A stretch of 64,000 bases of DNA, taken from contig CAVXJS010000015.1 of assembly GCA_963762145.1 (NCBI GenBank), positions 1 through 64,000 on the forward strand, read 5' to 3'. Shown piece after piece: positions 28,390 through 38,832 of the stretch (the first letter of the stretch is position 1; each line of letters opens with the position of its first letter). A program made the position numbers and the translations under genes. The notes under the pieces were generated by a model. That model saw only the letters and a list, made by a program, of their open reading frames with translations, was not told where the DNA came from and did no database searches. Origin of the DNA: an uncultured Candidatus Rokubacteria bacterium (lineage in GTDB: Bacteria; Methylomirabilota; Methylomirabilia; Rokubacteriales; CSP1-6).

Positions 28390-28773
28390 CACGGCCACCC
28401 GCCCCACGCGCTCCCAGTGCATCGGGGCGTACAGATTGGTCTGCGCGGCCATGAGCTCTTCGTCCGCGAGGCGCTTCTGGAGCCCCAGTCGCTGGAACTC
28501 CTGGTAGTTCTGCTCGGTCCCCGCGAACAGGCACCGGCAGACGTCGGGATCCGCGTACACGAAGTAGACCTTGCCGTCCCGCTCGTGCGGGACCAGCTTC
28601 CGCGGGGTGAGGGCCTGGAGGCGAGCCATCTTCTCGGGCGTATCGGCGAGCTTCATGTAGAAGCCGGCCGCCGCGAGCACCTGCTCGGTGTCGGTCGTCT
28701 GCTTGTCGCGGATCGTCGCACAGCCCGCGAGCATCAGCGCCGCGAGCACGATGATACCGCCGGTCTTCCCCAC
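28386..28773 (-). CDS. Hypothetical lipoprotein, paralog 1; apparently fused to the next gene by a 1-nt insertion near 28415
   Basis: LAGC lipobox. AAGF..., YADPDVCRCLFAG. Removing one base gives MHWSAWGGWPW* with a GTGA overlap. Confidence 0.7.
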
Positions 28774-28777
28774 GGGG

Positions 28778-29620
28778 CTAGGCCCCCCGCCGCGTCGGAT
28801 TCCGGAGCGCGAGCAGATCCTGTGCGCGCACCGCGATACCGCTCTTGACCTCGGGCTGGGCCGGCACGATGTAGAAGCGGCCTTCGCGGATGCCCTCGAC
28901 CACCTGCTCCGCCACCTCGGACGGCGGGTACCCGCCCGCGAGACGGTCCGACAGCCCCTGCCCGAACGCCTCCGCCATCGGGCCGGCCTTGCCCGCCTCG
29001 GCGAGAGTCTCGGGCCGGTTGCGGGACGACCGCATGATGTTCGTGTCGATCAGCCCGGGGCAGAGCACGGACACGCCGATCGGCGCGCCGGTCACCTGGA
29101 GCTCCTTGTACATGGATTCCGAGAGCGCCACGACGCCGTGCTTGGTGACGTCGTAGACCGACATGAACGGCGCGGTGGTGAGCCCGGCCATGGACGCGGT
29201 GTTGACGATGTGGCCCTCGCTGCCGCCGGCCAGCATGCGCGGCAGGAACGCGCGCACCCCGTGGATGACGCCCCACAGGTTCACGTTGATGACCCACTGC
29301 CAGTCGGCCAGGGTGTGCTCGTGCACCGCCCCGATGACCGCGACCCCCGCGTTGTTGCAGAGCACGTGCGCGGCGCCGAACGCGTCGTAGGTCTCCCGGG
29401 CCAGGCGCTCCACGTCCTCCGGGCGCGAGACGTCCACCTGGGTGACCAGGGGTCGCGCGCCCTTCCGCCGGAGCCCCTCGGCCGCCGTGGCCAGGGCCGA
29501 CGCCTCGATGTCGGCCATGACGACCTTCGCGCCGTCGGCCGCGAAGCGCTCGGCCAGCGCGAGCCCGATCCCGCTCGCCGCCCCGGTCACCACCGCGACC
29601 CGGTCCTTGAAGGTCTTCAC
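28778..29620 (-). CDS. SDR family NAD(P)-dependent oxidoreductase
   Basis: TGAASGIG, NNAGV, NTASMAG, YDVTK. Confidence 0.9.
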   Translation of the reverse strand: MKTFKDRVAVVTGAASGIGLALAERFAADGAKVVMADIEASALATAAEGLRRKGARPLVTQVDVSRPEDVERLARETYDAFGAAHVLCNNAGVAVIGAVHEHTLADWQWVINVNLWGVIHGVRAFLPRMLAGGSEGHIVNTASMAGLTTAPFMSVYDVTKHGVVALSESMYKELQVTGAPIGVSVLCPGLIDTNIMRSSRNRPETLAEAGKAGPMAEAFGQGLSDRLAGGYPPSEVAEQVVEGIREGRFYIVPAQPEVKSGIAVRAQDLLALRNPTRRGA

Positions 29621-29720
29621 GGGCACTTCGCTCGCACTCATCTCGGATCCTGGTAGCATGGCGGTAGGGCCTGGGCAAGCCGCCCGATCGGCTCCAGAGA
29701 ACCGCCGGCGGCCCGACCGC

Positions 29721-29736
29721 ATCGACCAAGGCCCCA
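29721..29736. promoter_or_regulatory. 16-bp palindromic box
   Basis: ATCGACCAAGGCCCCA, with CAAGCT at 29760. Confidence 0.5.
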
Positions 29737-29792
29737 TATCGCTCCTCACCGGCGCGGATCAAGCTGGCCTTCATAGGAAGGTACACAACGGC

Positions 29793-30156
29793 GTGACCGA
29801 ACTCATTGGCATCGTCGATGACGACGCTTCCGTCCTGAGAGCTCTGAGCCGGCTGCTCGGCGGCGCCGGCTTCACCGTGAGGGCGTTCAGCTCGGCCGAG
29901 GAGTTTCTCGGCCTGGAGCATCCCGAGAGCATCAAGTGCCTGGTGCTGGACATCCAGATGCCCGGGCTGAGCGGCTTCGAGCTGCAGGAGCGTCTCGCGG
30001 AGGCCCAGGTCACGATCCCGATCATCTTCATCACCGCCCACGACGATGTCCTTACTCGAGAGCGGGCCCGCGAAGGGCGGGGTCGCGTATCTTCCCAAGC
30101 CCTTCGACGCGCACTCCTTGCTCAAGGCGATCGCGACAGCCCTCGACGGCAAGTGA
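29793..30156 (+). CDS. Single-domain response regulator (frameshift ~30075)
   Basis: IVDDDASV..., LDIQMPG, FITAHDD, then AYLPKPFD in the shifted frame. Confidence 0.8.
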
Positions 30157-30169
30157 GCGCCCCGGGGCG

Positions 30170-31466
30170 TCACTGCGGCGCGACGATGACCGTCCGCACC
30201 ACCCCGAGGTACTGCTTGGCCACGCGCTGCACGTCGGCCGGCGTGACCTTCCGGACCTTGGCCAGGTACACATCGAAGAACTCGTGCCCCACCCCGGCCA
30301 GCTCGGCGGCTCCCAGGTACCAGGCCTGCCGCGCGTTCGTGCGCCGGTCCATGGCCTGGCTGCCGATCACGTAGGAGCGGGCCACCGCCACCTCCTCCGC
30401 CGACGGCACCTCGCTCTGGATGCGCGCGAGATGCTCCCGGAGCGCGGCCTCGGCCTTGGGCACGTTGGCGGGAGCCGTGCCCAGGATGGCGACGAACCCG
30501 CTCGTGTCCAGCCGCGGCGGGTACTGGGCGGCCGTCGAGTACGCCAGCGCCTGCTTGTCGCGCAGGTCGGAGAAGAAGCGCGAGGCCATCCCCCCGCCGA
30601 GGATCGCGGTCATGACCTTGAGCGGCGCGTAGTCGGCGTGGGTGAAGGGGGGCGCCAGCGCGCCCACGAAGATCTGGGCCTGGGCGCCCGGCACCACGTG
30701 CACCTCCCGCGTGGCCGCCATCGCAGGCGGCGCGGGAATCGACGGCACCGGAGCCTTGCCGGCCGGCATCGTGCCGAAGAGACGCCGAGCCTCCGCGAGC
30801 ACCTCGGCGCTCTTCACGTCGCCGCTCACCGCGAGGACCATCTGGTCGGGTACGTACTGACTCCGGTAGTAGGCCATCAGCGCGTCCCGGGTGAGGCGCT
30901 CCACGCTCTCGCGCCGACCGAGCGGATCCCACGCGTAGGGATTGGTCCCGAAGAGGGCGGCCCGCATCCGGTCGGTCGCGGCGTCGAAGGGCTTCTCCCC
31001 GCGGTTCCGGATCTGCCGGAGGATGAAATCACGCACCGGCCCCACGGTGCCGTCCGGGACGGTGGGGCGGAGCGAGACGTCGGAGACCAGCTCGAGCATC
31101 TGCCGCCAGTTGCGCGCGAGCGCGGTGGCGGTGATCTCCGAGTAGTCGGCTTCGCCGTAGGCGTCGATGCTGCCGCCCATCCGGTCCGCGGCGACCGCGA
31201 TCTGCTCCCCGTTCATCTTCTCGGTGCCCCGGACCAGCATCGTCTGCAGCATGTTGGAGATGCCGGCATTGTCCGGGGTCTCGGTGCGCGTGCCCATCTT
31301 CACCAGGAGCGAGTAGGCGACCACGGGCGCTTCCGCGTTCTCGCGCACGACCACCGTGAGGCCGTTGGGTAGACGGCTGCGCGTGACCCCGCCGGTCTGG
31401 GCGAAGACCGCGGTCGGGGCCAGGAGAGCCGAGCACCGCCACCAGGACGAGCGCGCGGCGGCTCAC
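30170..31466 (-). CDS. M16 (pitrilysin) peptidase, non-catalytic partner subunit (frameshift ~31415)
   Basis: LPNGLTVVVRE, degenerate NMLQT in place of HxxEH, SRFFSDLRDKQALAY. Confidence 0.85.
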
Positions 31467-32812
31467 TGCGCTTTCCTCGGGACGAAGGCGATCCGCGCGT
31501 ACGCCGTCGTGGGGAGGTACTTGCGCGCCGCATCGCGGATCTGCTCGCGGGTGATGGTCTGGAGCCGCTCGATATAGCGCAGCTCGTCCTCGAGCGTGGC
31601 GGTCATGCGCGCGAGGCCGTACGCGGAGGCCACCCCGTCGGACGTCTCGTAGGCGAAGGCATGCTCGGACTCCGCCTTGATCATCGCCAGCTCCCGCTCC
31701 TCCTCGGTCGGCCCCTCCCGCTGCAGGCGGCCGATCTCTTCGATGATTCGCTGCTCGGCCTTCTCGACGTCGCCCGCCTCGAGCGTCGCCTGGACGTAGA
31801 ACATGCCCGCGAGCTGCTGCGTGGAGTTGTTCACGCTGATCCGCGACACGATCCGCTCGCCGTCACGAAGCGTGGCGACCATGCGCGAGCTCTCGCTGCC
31901 ACCCAGGATCGTGGCGACGAGATCCAGGGCCAGGCTGTCGCGATCCGACGCGCTGGGCGCCTGCCACCCGATCGCGAGCTGCGCCTGCTGCTCCGGCCGC
32001 TCCACCGTACGCGTCAGGCCCTCCTTGATGGGCGCGAGCGTGGGAACCGCCGGCGGCGTGTATCCGGTGCGGGGGCGCCGGCCGAAGGTACGGTCGACCA
32101 TGGGCCGGACGGCCTTGGCGTCCACGGGACCCACCACCACGAGGGCCATGTTCTCGGGCGTGTAGAACCGGCGATTGAACGCTTTCAGGTTGTCCTGCGT
32201 CGCCGCGCCCATGGTGGCCGGCGTCCCGAGCACGGGGCGGCCGTAGGGATGCGGACCGAACACCATCCCGTAGAGCTGCCGCACGATGCCGCTCCGGGGA
32301 TTGTCGGTCTCGATGCGAGACTCCTCCGCGATGACCTGGCGCTCCGCGTCCACTTCCTTGGGATCGAACGTCGAGCGGAAGGCCATGTCCTCGAGCAGCT
32401 GGAGGGCGACGGGCGTCGCCTCGCCCGGCACCTGGACCTGATAGGTCGTGTAGTCGAAGGTCGTGAACGCGTTGGAGCGCCCGCCGGTCCCCTCCACCGT
32501 TTGATCGATGTACCCCGGGCCGAACTTGTCGGTCCCCTTGAAGAGCATGTGCTCCTGGAAGTGCGCGTGGCCGAGGGTCTCCGGGCTCTCGTACCGCACG
32601 CCCGTGCCCACCCACAGGTACACCGCGACGATGTCGGCCGCGCGGTGCTGCTGCACGATGAGGGTGAGCCCGTTGGGCAGGACCTCGACCACCGGGGGCT
32701 GGCCCTGGCCTTTCCCGGAGGCCGTCGGCGCGGCGCTGGCGCACCCGGCGACGAGGCCGGCCAGCGCGGTGGCCGCGGCCAGCTTCCAGAATCGCTTCGC
32801 GGGCGGTCTCAT
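31463..32812 (-). CDS. M16 (pitrilysin) zinc peptidase lipoprotein
   Basis: VAGC lipobox, GHAHFQEHMLFKGT, NAFT, ERQVIAEE. Confidence 0.92.
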   Translation of the reverse strand: MRPPAKRFWKLAAATALAGLVAGCASAAPTASGKGQGQPPVVEVLPNGLTLIVQQHRAADIVAVYLWVGTGVRYESPETLGHAHFQEHMLFKGTDKFGPGYIDQTVEGTGGRSNAFTTFDYTTYQVQVPGEATPVALQLLEDMAFRSTFDPKEVDAERQVIAEESRIETDNPRSGIVRQLYGMVFGPHPYGRPVLGTPATMGAATQDNLKAFNRRFYTPENMALVVVGPVDAKAVRPMVDRTFGRRPRTGYTPPAVPTLAPIKEGLTRTVERPEQQAQLAIGWQAPSASDRDSLALDLVATILGGSESSRMVATLRDGERIVSRISVNNSTQQLAGMFYVQATLEAGDVEKAEQRIIEEIGRLQREGPTEEERELAMIKAESEHAFAYETSDGVASAYGLARMTATLEDELRYIERLQTITREQIRDAARKYLPTTAYARIAFVPRKAQ

Positions 32813-32817
32813 GGTCT

Positions 32818-33279
32818 CTACTTCGCCCTGTAGAAGACGACGTCGAACGTCTGCCGCTGGACCGCCTGGAAATAGGCTCCGCCAAGCTGATCGGTCTTCG
32901 GATCATGGGTGAGCGTGTACGTGCTCCCGGGGTAGTTGGGGGCGCGGAGCTCGACGAAGACCTTGAGCGTCGATCCGGCGCGAGTGGCTTCGGCCCGGGC
33001 GACGTTGATGGGCCGCGGGTTGAGATACGCCGCGTCGACCACGCCACTGGCGTCGACGGACCGGATCTCCAGAACGTAGCCGCCGTCGGGCCGGACCCAG
33101 CGACCCTTCAGCCTCTCGAAGCCGGCGTCGCTCGCGCCGGCCCGGAGGAGGATCGCGGCGGCAACGAACCCCACCGCCAGCACGACGGTCACGACGATGA
33201 CCGGCGCCCGGCGCCACCAGGCGCCGCGAGGCCGTCGCCGCTCGTTCTCCTTCTCCTTCCGCTGCCTGGGCCGGCTCAT
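32818..33279 (-). CDS. Hypothetical membrane-anchored protein
   Basis: One TM segment, then GRWVRPDGGYV...YLNPRPINV...YPGSTY. Confidence 0.75.
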   Translation of the reverse strand: MSRPRQRKEKENERRRPRGAWWRRAPVIVVTVVLAVGFVAAAILLRAGASDAGFERLKGRWVRPDGGYVLEIRSVDASGVVDAAYLNPRPINVARAEATRAGSTLKVFVELRAPNYPGSTYTLTHDPKTDQLGGAYFQAVQRQTFDVVFYRAK

Positions 33280-33338
33280 TCGTTCTCCTTGGCTAGCGCT
33301 TCGTCCCAGACCTTCTCGCATCTCAAGGCCAATTGACA

Positions 33339-33354
33339 TAGGACCTTAGTGCTA
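33339..33354. promoter_or_regulatory. 16-bp palindromic box
   Basis: TAGGACCTTAGTGCTA. Confidence 0.6.
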
Positions 33355-33370
33355 CCTGCGACAGTGCTAC

Positions 33371-36043
33371 CTACGCCTTCGGCGCGGCCGGCTTCGCAAT
33401 GAGCCCGGGCGGACGGCCCGCCTCCTCGGACTCCGGGATCCGAGCCGGCGGGAGCGTGACCGACACCGTGCTGCCGCGGCCGGCGTGCCGGACCACTGCG
33501 ATCTCTCCGCCATGATCCCGGACGATGGTCCGGCTGATCGAGAGCCCGAGACCCAGGCCCTCCGGCTTGGTCGTGAAGAACGGCTCGAACATCCGCGCAA
33601 GGGCCTCCTCGCTGAGGCCGGGGCCGGTATCCGAGACGAGGAACTCGACGCCGGCCGGTCCATACCGCGTCCGCACGACCAGCTCGCGCGGGCCGGCCGC
33701 CACCCCGCTCATGGCCTCGAAGGCGTTCATGAAGAGGTTCAGGATCACCTGCTGCAGCTGCACCCGCTCCCCGAGGACCGGGGGAAGGTCCGGGCTCATC
33801 TCGAGCCGCACCGAGATGCCCTTGGTGACCGCGTCGTTGCCGAGCAGCCTCGCGACCTCGCGGACGAGCGGGTTCAGGTCGACCGCCACCTGGTCCGAAC
33901 CGCCCCGCCTCAGCAGGCCGCGCACGCCCCGGATCACGTCCGCGCCCCGCTTGCCGTCCTGCACGATGTCCGACAGGATCGCCCGCAGCTCGACGAGATC
34001 CGGGGTCGGCTCGTGGAGGAGCCGACCCGCGGCCAGGGCGTTCGTCACCATCGCGGTCAGTGGCTGGTTGAGCTCGTGCGCGAGGGACCCGGCGAGCTCG
34101 CCGACGGCCAGCACCCGTGCCGCGTGCGCGAGGCTCTCGCGCTGTTGCTGGGCTTCGAGCTCCCCGCGCTTGCGATCGCTGATGTCGCGATGCGTGACGA
34201 CCGCCCCGCCCTCCGGGCGGCCCAGCGGCACCACCAGCATCTCCCACCAGCTGCCCGGCGCGCGCTCCGGCCCGGCGTACTCCAGCGAGAACCCCGGGCG
34301 AGTCCGATCCAGCACCGCCTGGATCCCCGCCAGCGCCAGCTCGGCATCCTGCACCCCCCGCTCCGCCCCTCGGCGGCAGGCGTCGAGGTAGTTCCCGCCG
34401 GCGACGAACTCCGGAAGCAGGACCCCACCGTAGGCCTGGCTCACCCGGATCCAGGTCTCGTTGACCCGCACGATGGCGCCCGCGCGGTCCACGACGGCGA
34501 CCGCGCCGACCAGTGACGCCAGCACCGCGCGATTCAGCGCCTCGCCCTTGCGCGCCTCGGCTTCCGCCTGCTGACGTATGACCGCGGTGGTGAAGACCTC
34601 GCCCAGCAGCTGGAGTCGCTCCACGATCTCGTCGGGCCACGTCCGCTCGTGCCGCAGGGTGGCCAGGGTCAGGATTCCGAACCGGGTCCCTCCCGCCATC
34701 AGCGGAACGACCACCACGGACTTGGCGCCGTACCGGCGATAGCTCTCTCGATCGGTGGCCGCTTCGCCGGGCAGGTCCTTGAGACGCGAGAAGCAGATCG
34801 CTTCTCCGCGGCGACTTCGTTCCAGGCCCCACGGGAACTCGGCCACCTGGATCCCCGCCGGCAGTCGCCCGATCCCTTCGCGAGACAGGGCGTGCTTGAG
34901 CACGAGCGTGCGGCCGTCGTCCGAGAGCTGTCCGAGCGTCGCGCGATCCACGTCGAGGCACTCGACGATGCGAGCCAGGCCATCCTGCACCGCGTCGGCA
35001 ATCTCCTCCGAAGACCGGCGCGCGAACCGGGCCGACACCTCCGAGAGCAGCGCCTCGAACGCGAGCCGCTCCCGGAGCGTCGCTTCCGCCCGCTCCCGCT
35101 CGCGAAGCACGGCCGCGAGGAACAGCAGCGACACCGCGGTGACGATCATCACCATGAAGAACTGAGTCGCGAAGTCGTGCGCGGACTCGGACGGGCCGGC
35201 GAGCGATCCGAGGTGACGTGCGGCTCCGAAGGTCATGCACAGCGTCGTGGCCAGGAGCGACACGCTGACGCCCAGGGACCCGAAGCGCACCGCCGCCCAC
35301 AGCACCAGCGGCAGGGGCGTGTAGACCAATGCCAGGACGCGGCCGGGCTCGGATACGCCGATCATGATCCCGGCCGCCGCGAGTCCCGCGGTCAGGACGG
35401 CCGCCTCCGCCCACCGACGCAGCGGAGGAGGCCGGCTCCACCAGGCGGAGCCGCGGGTGACCCCGAGCACGAGCGCCGGCGTCACCACGAGAATCGTCAG
35501 CGTGTTGCTCGCGAAGCGGAGCGTCCACGCCGGCCAGTAGCGAATGTCCGCGGGCCATGCGGTCGCCACCCAGATGGCGACGTCGGCGAAGGAGCTCACG
35601 AACGGGGCGACGAACGCCGCCACCGCGATGAAGACGGCGACGTGCCGGAGGTTGCCGAAGTCGAGCCGCGACCCGATGAACCGGCGCACCGCGAGGGCCC
35701 CGATCAGCGCCTGCCCGCAATTGGTGACGAAGAGCCCCAGGATCAACGGCCAGGGGAAGCCGGCCCGGTATTCCATCACCACGTGGGCCGGGAAGGCCGC
35801 GAGCAGGTAGATGCCCCAGGACCGGACCGGCGTCAACAGCAGGACCGAGAGCAGGATCGCGTTGGGCGGCCAGAGGATCGAAGGGCCGCCCTGCGGATAC
35901 CGCGCGTGCATGCCGATCTCGGTCCCGACGTAGTACCCCACCGAGACGAGGACCGCGATCAGCGCGGTCCGGGCCGCGAGCTCAACGCGCGGAACCTGGG
36001 AGCCCAGGGCCCATCGACGCGGAGGTGATGCCATGACGCTCAT
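33371..36043 (-). CDS. Sensor histidine kinase MASE1-GAF-PAS-HisKA-HATPase (FixL/NodV-like transmitter)
   Basis: MASE1 WPPNA motif, LAHELNQPL, QQVILNL..NA, DTGPG, FFTTK..GLGLGL. Confidence 0.9.
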   Translation of the reverse strand: MSVMASPPRRWALGSQVPRVELAARTALIAVLVSVGYYVGTEIGMHARYPQGGPSILWPPNAILLSVLLLTPVRSWGIYLLAAFPAHVVMEYRAGFPWPLILGLFVTNCGQALIGALAVRRFIGSRLDFGNLRHVAVFIAVAAFVAPFVSSFADVAIWVATAWPADIRYWPAWTLRFASNTLTILVVTPALVLGVTRGSAWWSRPPPLRRWAEAAVLTAGLAAAGIMIGVSEPGRVLALVYTPLPLVLWAAVRFGSLGVSVSLLATTLCMTFGAARHLGSLAGPSESAHDFATQFFMVMIVTAVSLLFLAAVLRERERAEATLRERLAFEALLSEVSARFARRSSEEIADAVQDGLARIVECLDVDRATLGQLSDDGRTLVLKHALSREGIGRLPAGIQVAEFPWGLERSRRGEAICFSRLKDLPGEAATDRESYRRYGAKSVVVVPLMAGGTRFGILTLATLRHERTWPDEIVERLQLLGEVFTTAVIRQQAEAEARKGEALNRAVLASLVGAVAVVDRAGAIVRVNETWIRVSQAYGGVLLPEFVAGGNYLDACRRGAERGVQDAELALAGIQAVLDRTRPGFSLEYAGPERAPGSWWEMLVVPLGRPEGGAVVTHRDISDRKRGELEAQQQRESLAHAARVLAVGELAGSLAHELNQPLTAMVTNALAAGRLLHEPTPDLVELRAILSDIVQDGKRGADVIRGVRGLLRRGGSDQVAVDLNPLVREVARLLGNDAVTKGISVRLEMSPDLPPVLGERVQLQQVILNLFMNAFEAMSGVAAGPRELVVRTRYGPAGVEFLVSDTGPGLSEEALARMFEPFFTTKPEGLGLGLSISRTIVRDHGGEIAVVRHAGRGSTVSVTLPPARIPESEEAGRPPGLIAKPAAPKA

Positions 36044-36167
36044 ATCTCGGGCATTCCTCCCGCTTGGCACCGCCAAGCCTCGTCTTGAGTAGCACGGGCC
36101 GGGCGGCAAAGGCAAGCGACAGAAGTGCTACGGAGCGTCTGATCGCGACGTAGGCAGCCGGCGGGGA

Positions 36168-36473
36168 TCAGCGCTTCCAGGCCCGGCCGAACGCCTCCAG
36201 GAGCGGTAGCGTCGGGGTCGCCTTGCACGTGGCGATCGCCCGGTCGACGCGGGCCCCGACCACCTCGTCCTTCCAGACCTTCGTGCCGGCTTTGCCGTCC
36301 TGATAACCGTTGAAGTAGATGAGCACCCGATCGCGCCTCTCCCCGTCGAGCGCCAGGAACTCACCGCACGTGAGCTTGGCCAGCTCGAACTGGTTCGGGA
36401 AGATCTGGGCACCACCGGATGCGGGCAACAGGAGTCCGCCGACCAGCCCCAGGAGCAGAATTCTCAGGATCAT
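36168..36473 (-). CDS. HdeA/HdeB-like periplasmic acid-stress chaperone
   Basis: 101 aa, signal peptide, KLTCGEFLALD...IATCKATP two-Cys pattern. It is the C-terminus of the long shadow ORF. Confidence 0.65.
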   Translation of the reverse strand: MILRILLLGLVGGLLLPASGGAQIFPNQFELAKLTCGEFLALDGERRDRVLIYFNGYQDGKAGTKVWKDEVVGARVDRAIATCKATPTLPLLEAFGRAWKR

Positions 36474-36484
36474 CGCGGTGTCGT

Positions 36485-36931
36485 CTACTTCTTGAGCTTG
36501 ATCTCCACGCCGCTCCCCGCCAGCGCGAACTCGACGCCCTGGGCCGTCGCGGTCAGCGCCATCTCGACCCCGTTCTGGTTCTTCAGTGCGGCCGCCCCCG
36601 CCCCGCCGCCCACCACCGCGCCGGCCTTCGCCAAGGCGTAGTTGCCGTCGAAATCGGAGAGCGTCTTCAAGTTCACCACGTCTCCCTTCGCGGTGATCTT
36701 GGAGACGCCGAGGTCCACGACGCTGAGCCCCCGGACCGTGAACGGATACTTCTTTCCGCGATATTCGAGGATGCCGTCCCCCCAGCTGACGCCCACGCCG
36801 AGGGCGACCGACTTGCTCTCGAGGGTGACCTTGCCCTTGGTATCGCTCTGGGCCGGGGCCATCGAGGTCGCCACGAGAAGGGACGCCAGGCTGAGTCCGA
36901 GCACGGTGAGGAGCATCGTCGTCCTGCGCAT
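36485..36931 (-). CDS. Secreted EipA/DUF1134-like protein
   Basis: GVGVSWGDG.L.Y..., NQNGV motif. Paralog at 40861-41298. Confidence 0.7.
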   Translation of the reverse strand: MRRTTMLLTVLGLSLASLLVATSMAPAQSDTKGKVTLESKSVALGVGVSWGDGILEYRGKKYPFTVRGLSVVDLGVSKITAKGDVVNLKTLSDFDGNYALAKAGAVVGGGAGAAALKNQNGVEMALTATAQGVEFALAGSGVEIKLKK

Positions 36932-37001
36932 ACTTGAACGCCTCCTGGCTGTTGAGGAATGTGAGTGCGAGAACACTAGAACAGGTGGTGGGCCGCACAT
37001 A

Positions 37002-37017
37002 TAGGACCAAGGTCCCA
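37002..37017. promoter_or_regulatory. 16-bp palindromic box between divergent genes
   Basis: TAGGACCAAGGTCCCA, with minus-strand TAGTGT at 36978-36973. Confidence 0.7.
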
Positions 37018-37056
37018 TAGCCACCGCCGTCCACCGTCCGACAGTATTGCCTAGCC

Positions 37057-37488
37057 ATGACGACCATATCAAGATCAAGTTCGAGAATCGCCGGGATCGC
37101 CCTCGTCGCGCTGGGCCTGACCGTGGGACCGCCCTCGATCGGTTCGGCGGCTCTGGACGGGTCGACTCCCATGATGTGCGCCGTGACCACGGTCATGGAG
37201 TGCGACGCCTCCGGCCAGTGCGAGCGGTTCAACCCCACTCGACACCCGGACTTCCCCCCCTTCCTCCGGGTGAACGTACCCGCGAAGACGATCACCCTGA
37301 GCCCCGCCGACTCCAAGAAGAGCGAGATCAAGAGCGTCACCCGGCTCGACGGGCGCCTGATCCTGCACGGCGGAGAGAACGGCCGGGGCTGGGCCGCCAC
37401 GATCGCGGAGGACAGCGGCCGCATGGCGGCGGGAGTGGTGGCCGACGACTTCGCCTTCACCCTGTTCGGGACCTGGACGACCCCCTGA
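37057..37488 (+). CDS. Secreted hypothetical protein, paralog of 49119-49559
   Basis: DGS.PM.CA....EC...G.CER, PPF.R, LILHGGENGRGW. Confidence 0.75.
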   Translation: MTTISRSSSRIAGIALVALGLTVGPPSIGSAALDGSTPMMCAVTTVMECDASGQCERFNPTRHPDFPPFLRVNVPAKTITLSPADSKKSEIKSVTRLDGRLILHGGENGRGWAATIAEDSGRMAAGVVADDFAFTLFGTWTTP

Positions 37489-37547
37489 TCGCCCCGCGCC
37501 GGATAGAGGTGGACGGGCGCCCACCCTCGGATTATCCTGCTGGCACC

Positions 37548-38168
37548 ATGAAGCAGGCCGTCGTGTATGTGGTCGACGACGACGAGTCCCTGTGTCGCGC
37601 GCTCGCGCGTCTCTTCCGCTCGGTCGGGCTGGAGGCGCAGACCTTCCCGTCGGCCCGGGCATTCCTCGACTACACCCCGCCGGATCGGCCGGCGTGCCTC
37701 GTGCTGGACGTTCGCCTGCCCGGGCCCAGCGGCCTCGATCTCCAGTCGGCCCTGAGCCGGTCCGGACGAGACGTGCCGATCGTCTTCATCAGCGGCCACG
37801 GGAGCGTGCCGACCAGCGTCCGCGCCATGAAGGGAGGCGCGGTGGATTTTCTCGAGAAGCCCTTCAACGAGCAGGACCTCCTGGACTCGGTCCAGCACGC
37901 GCTCCAGCGCAGCCGGGAGCAGCGGGCCGACCGGGCCGAGCGCGCGGACCTCGAGCGCCGTCTCGAGACCCTGACGCCGCGCGAGCGCGAGGTGCTCGCG
38001 CTCGTGGTGGCCGGGATGCTGAACAAGCAGATCGCCGACCAGCTCGGAAGCGCCGAGAAGACCGTCAAGGTCCACCGGGGTCGGGTCATGGACAAGATGG
38101 AGGCGGACTCGGTGGCGGACCTGGTCCGGATGACCGAGAAGCTCGCCTCGCCGACGACGAGGCACTGA
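37548..38168 (+). CDS. FixJ/NodW-family response regulator (REC + LuxR HTH)
   Basis: VVDDD, LDVRLPG, AMKGGAVDFLEKPF, LTPREREVL..G.LNKQIA..TVKVHRGRVM. Confidence 0.92.
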   Translation: MKQAVVYVVDDDESLCRALARLFRSVGLEAQTFPSARAFLDYTPPDRPACLVLDVRLPGPSGLDLQSALSRSGRDVPIVFISGHGSVPTSVRAMKGGAVDFLEKPFNEQDLLDSVQHALQRSREQRADRAERADLERRLETLTPREREVLALVVAGMLNKQIADQLGSAEKTVKVHRGRVMDKMEADSVADLVRMTEKLASPTTRH

Positions 38169-38191
38169 CCGCCGCCCGGAGCCCGATCGCA

Positions 38192-38207
38192 TACGACCAA
38201 GGCCCAA
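38192..38207. promoter_or_regulatory. 16-bp palindromic box
   Basis: TACGACCAAGGCCCAA, with CAGACT at 38231. Confidence 0.6.
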
Positions 38208-38303
38208 TATCCATCCGCTCGCCCCTCCCTCAGACTGCGAGGCATCATGAGCTGGGCCGATGCGACCCTGCACCCGGACGCGGAGACCAGAGAGAGCGCT
38301 CCA

Positions 38304-38687
38304 GTGAGTCGCGTGATCGGTGTCGTCGACGATGACGCCTCCATCCTCCGCGCGCTCAGCCGGCTGCTGAGCGCGGCCGGCTTCACCGTGAAGACCTTCC
38401 ACTCGGCCGAGGAGTTCCTGGCCCTGGAACAGCCGCCGGGCATCGACTGTCTGCTGCTGGACATCCACATGGGCGGGCTGAGCGGGTTCGATCTGCAGGA
38501 GCGTCTCACCGCGCGGCATAGCCCGATGACGGTCATCTTCATCACCGCTCACGACGATGCCCCGACACGGGAACGGGCGCGGAAGTCGGGCGCCGTCGCG
38601 TACGTCCGCAAGCCCTTCGACGAGCACGCGCTGCTCGGAGCGATCGAGAAGGCTTTCGGCCCTCCGCGTACGACCAAAGCCCTATAG
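38304..38687 (+). CDS. Single-domain response regulator
   Basis: VVDDDASI, LDIHMGG, FITAHDD, KPFD. Close paralog of 29793-30156. Confidence 0.88.
   Translation: MSRVIGVVDDDASILRALSRLLSAAGFTVKTFHSAEEFLALEQPPGIDCLLLDIHMGGLSGFDLQERLTARHSPMTVIFITAHDDAPTRERARKSGAVAYVRKPFDEHALLGAIEKAFGPPRTTKAL
38669..38684. promoter_or_regulatory. 16-bp palindromic box
   Basis: TACGACCAAAGCCCTA, with CAGCAT at 38708. Confidence 0.6.
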
Positions 38688-38832
38688 CGCGAGACAGCGC
38701 TCGGTGCCAGCATGCTGCCGGCACGAATCATTGCCGGCGGCCGGCCCGAATTCAGCGACCCGGCATCCCATGAAGGACTCATGACACGCCCGAACCGCCT
38801 CGCCGCCGTGCTCCTGGGAGCGCTGGTCGCGG

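Noticed and set aside
27988-28773. Natural two-domain lipoprotein fusion
   Set aside because: It has an internal second signal peptide, and a GTGA overlap appears after removing one base, so these are two genes.
36168-38627. 819-aa minus-strand ORF
   Set aside because: Mostly an antisense shadow of the response regulators. Only the terminal 101 aa form a gene.
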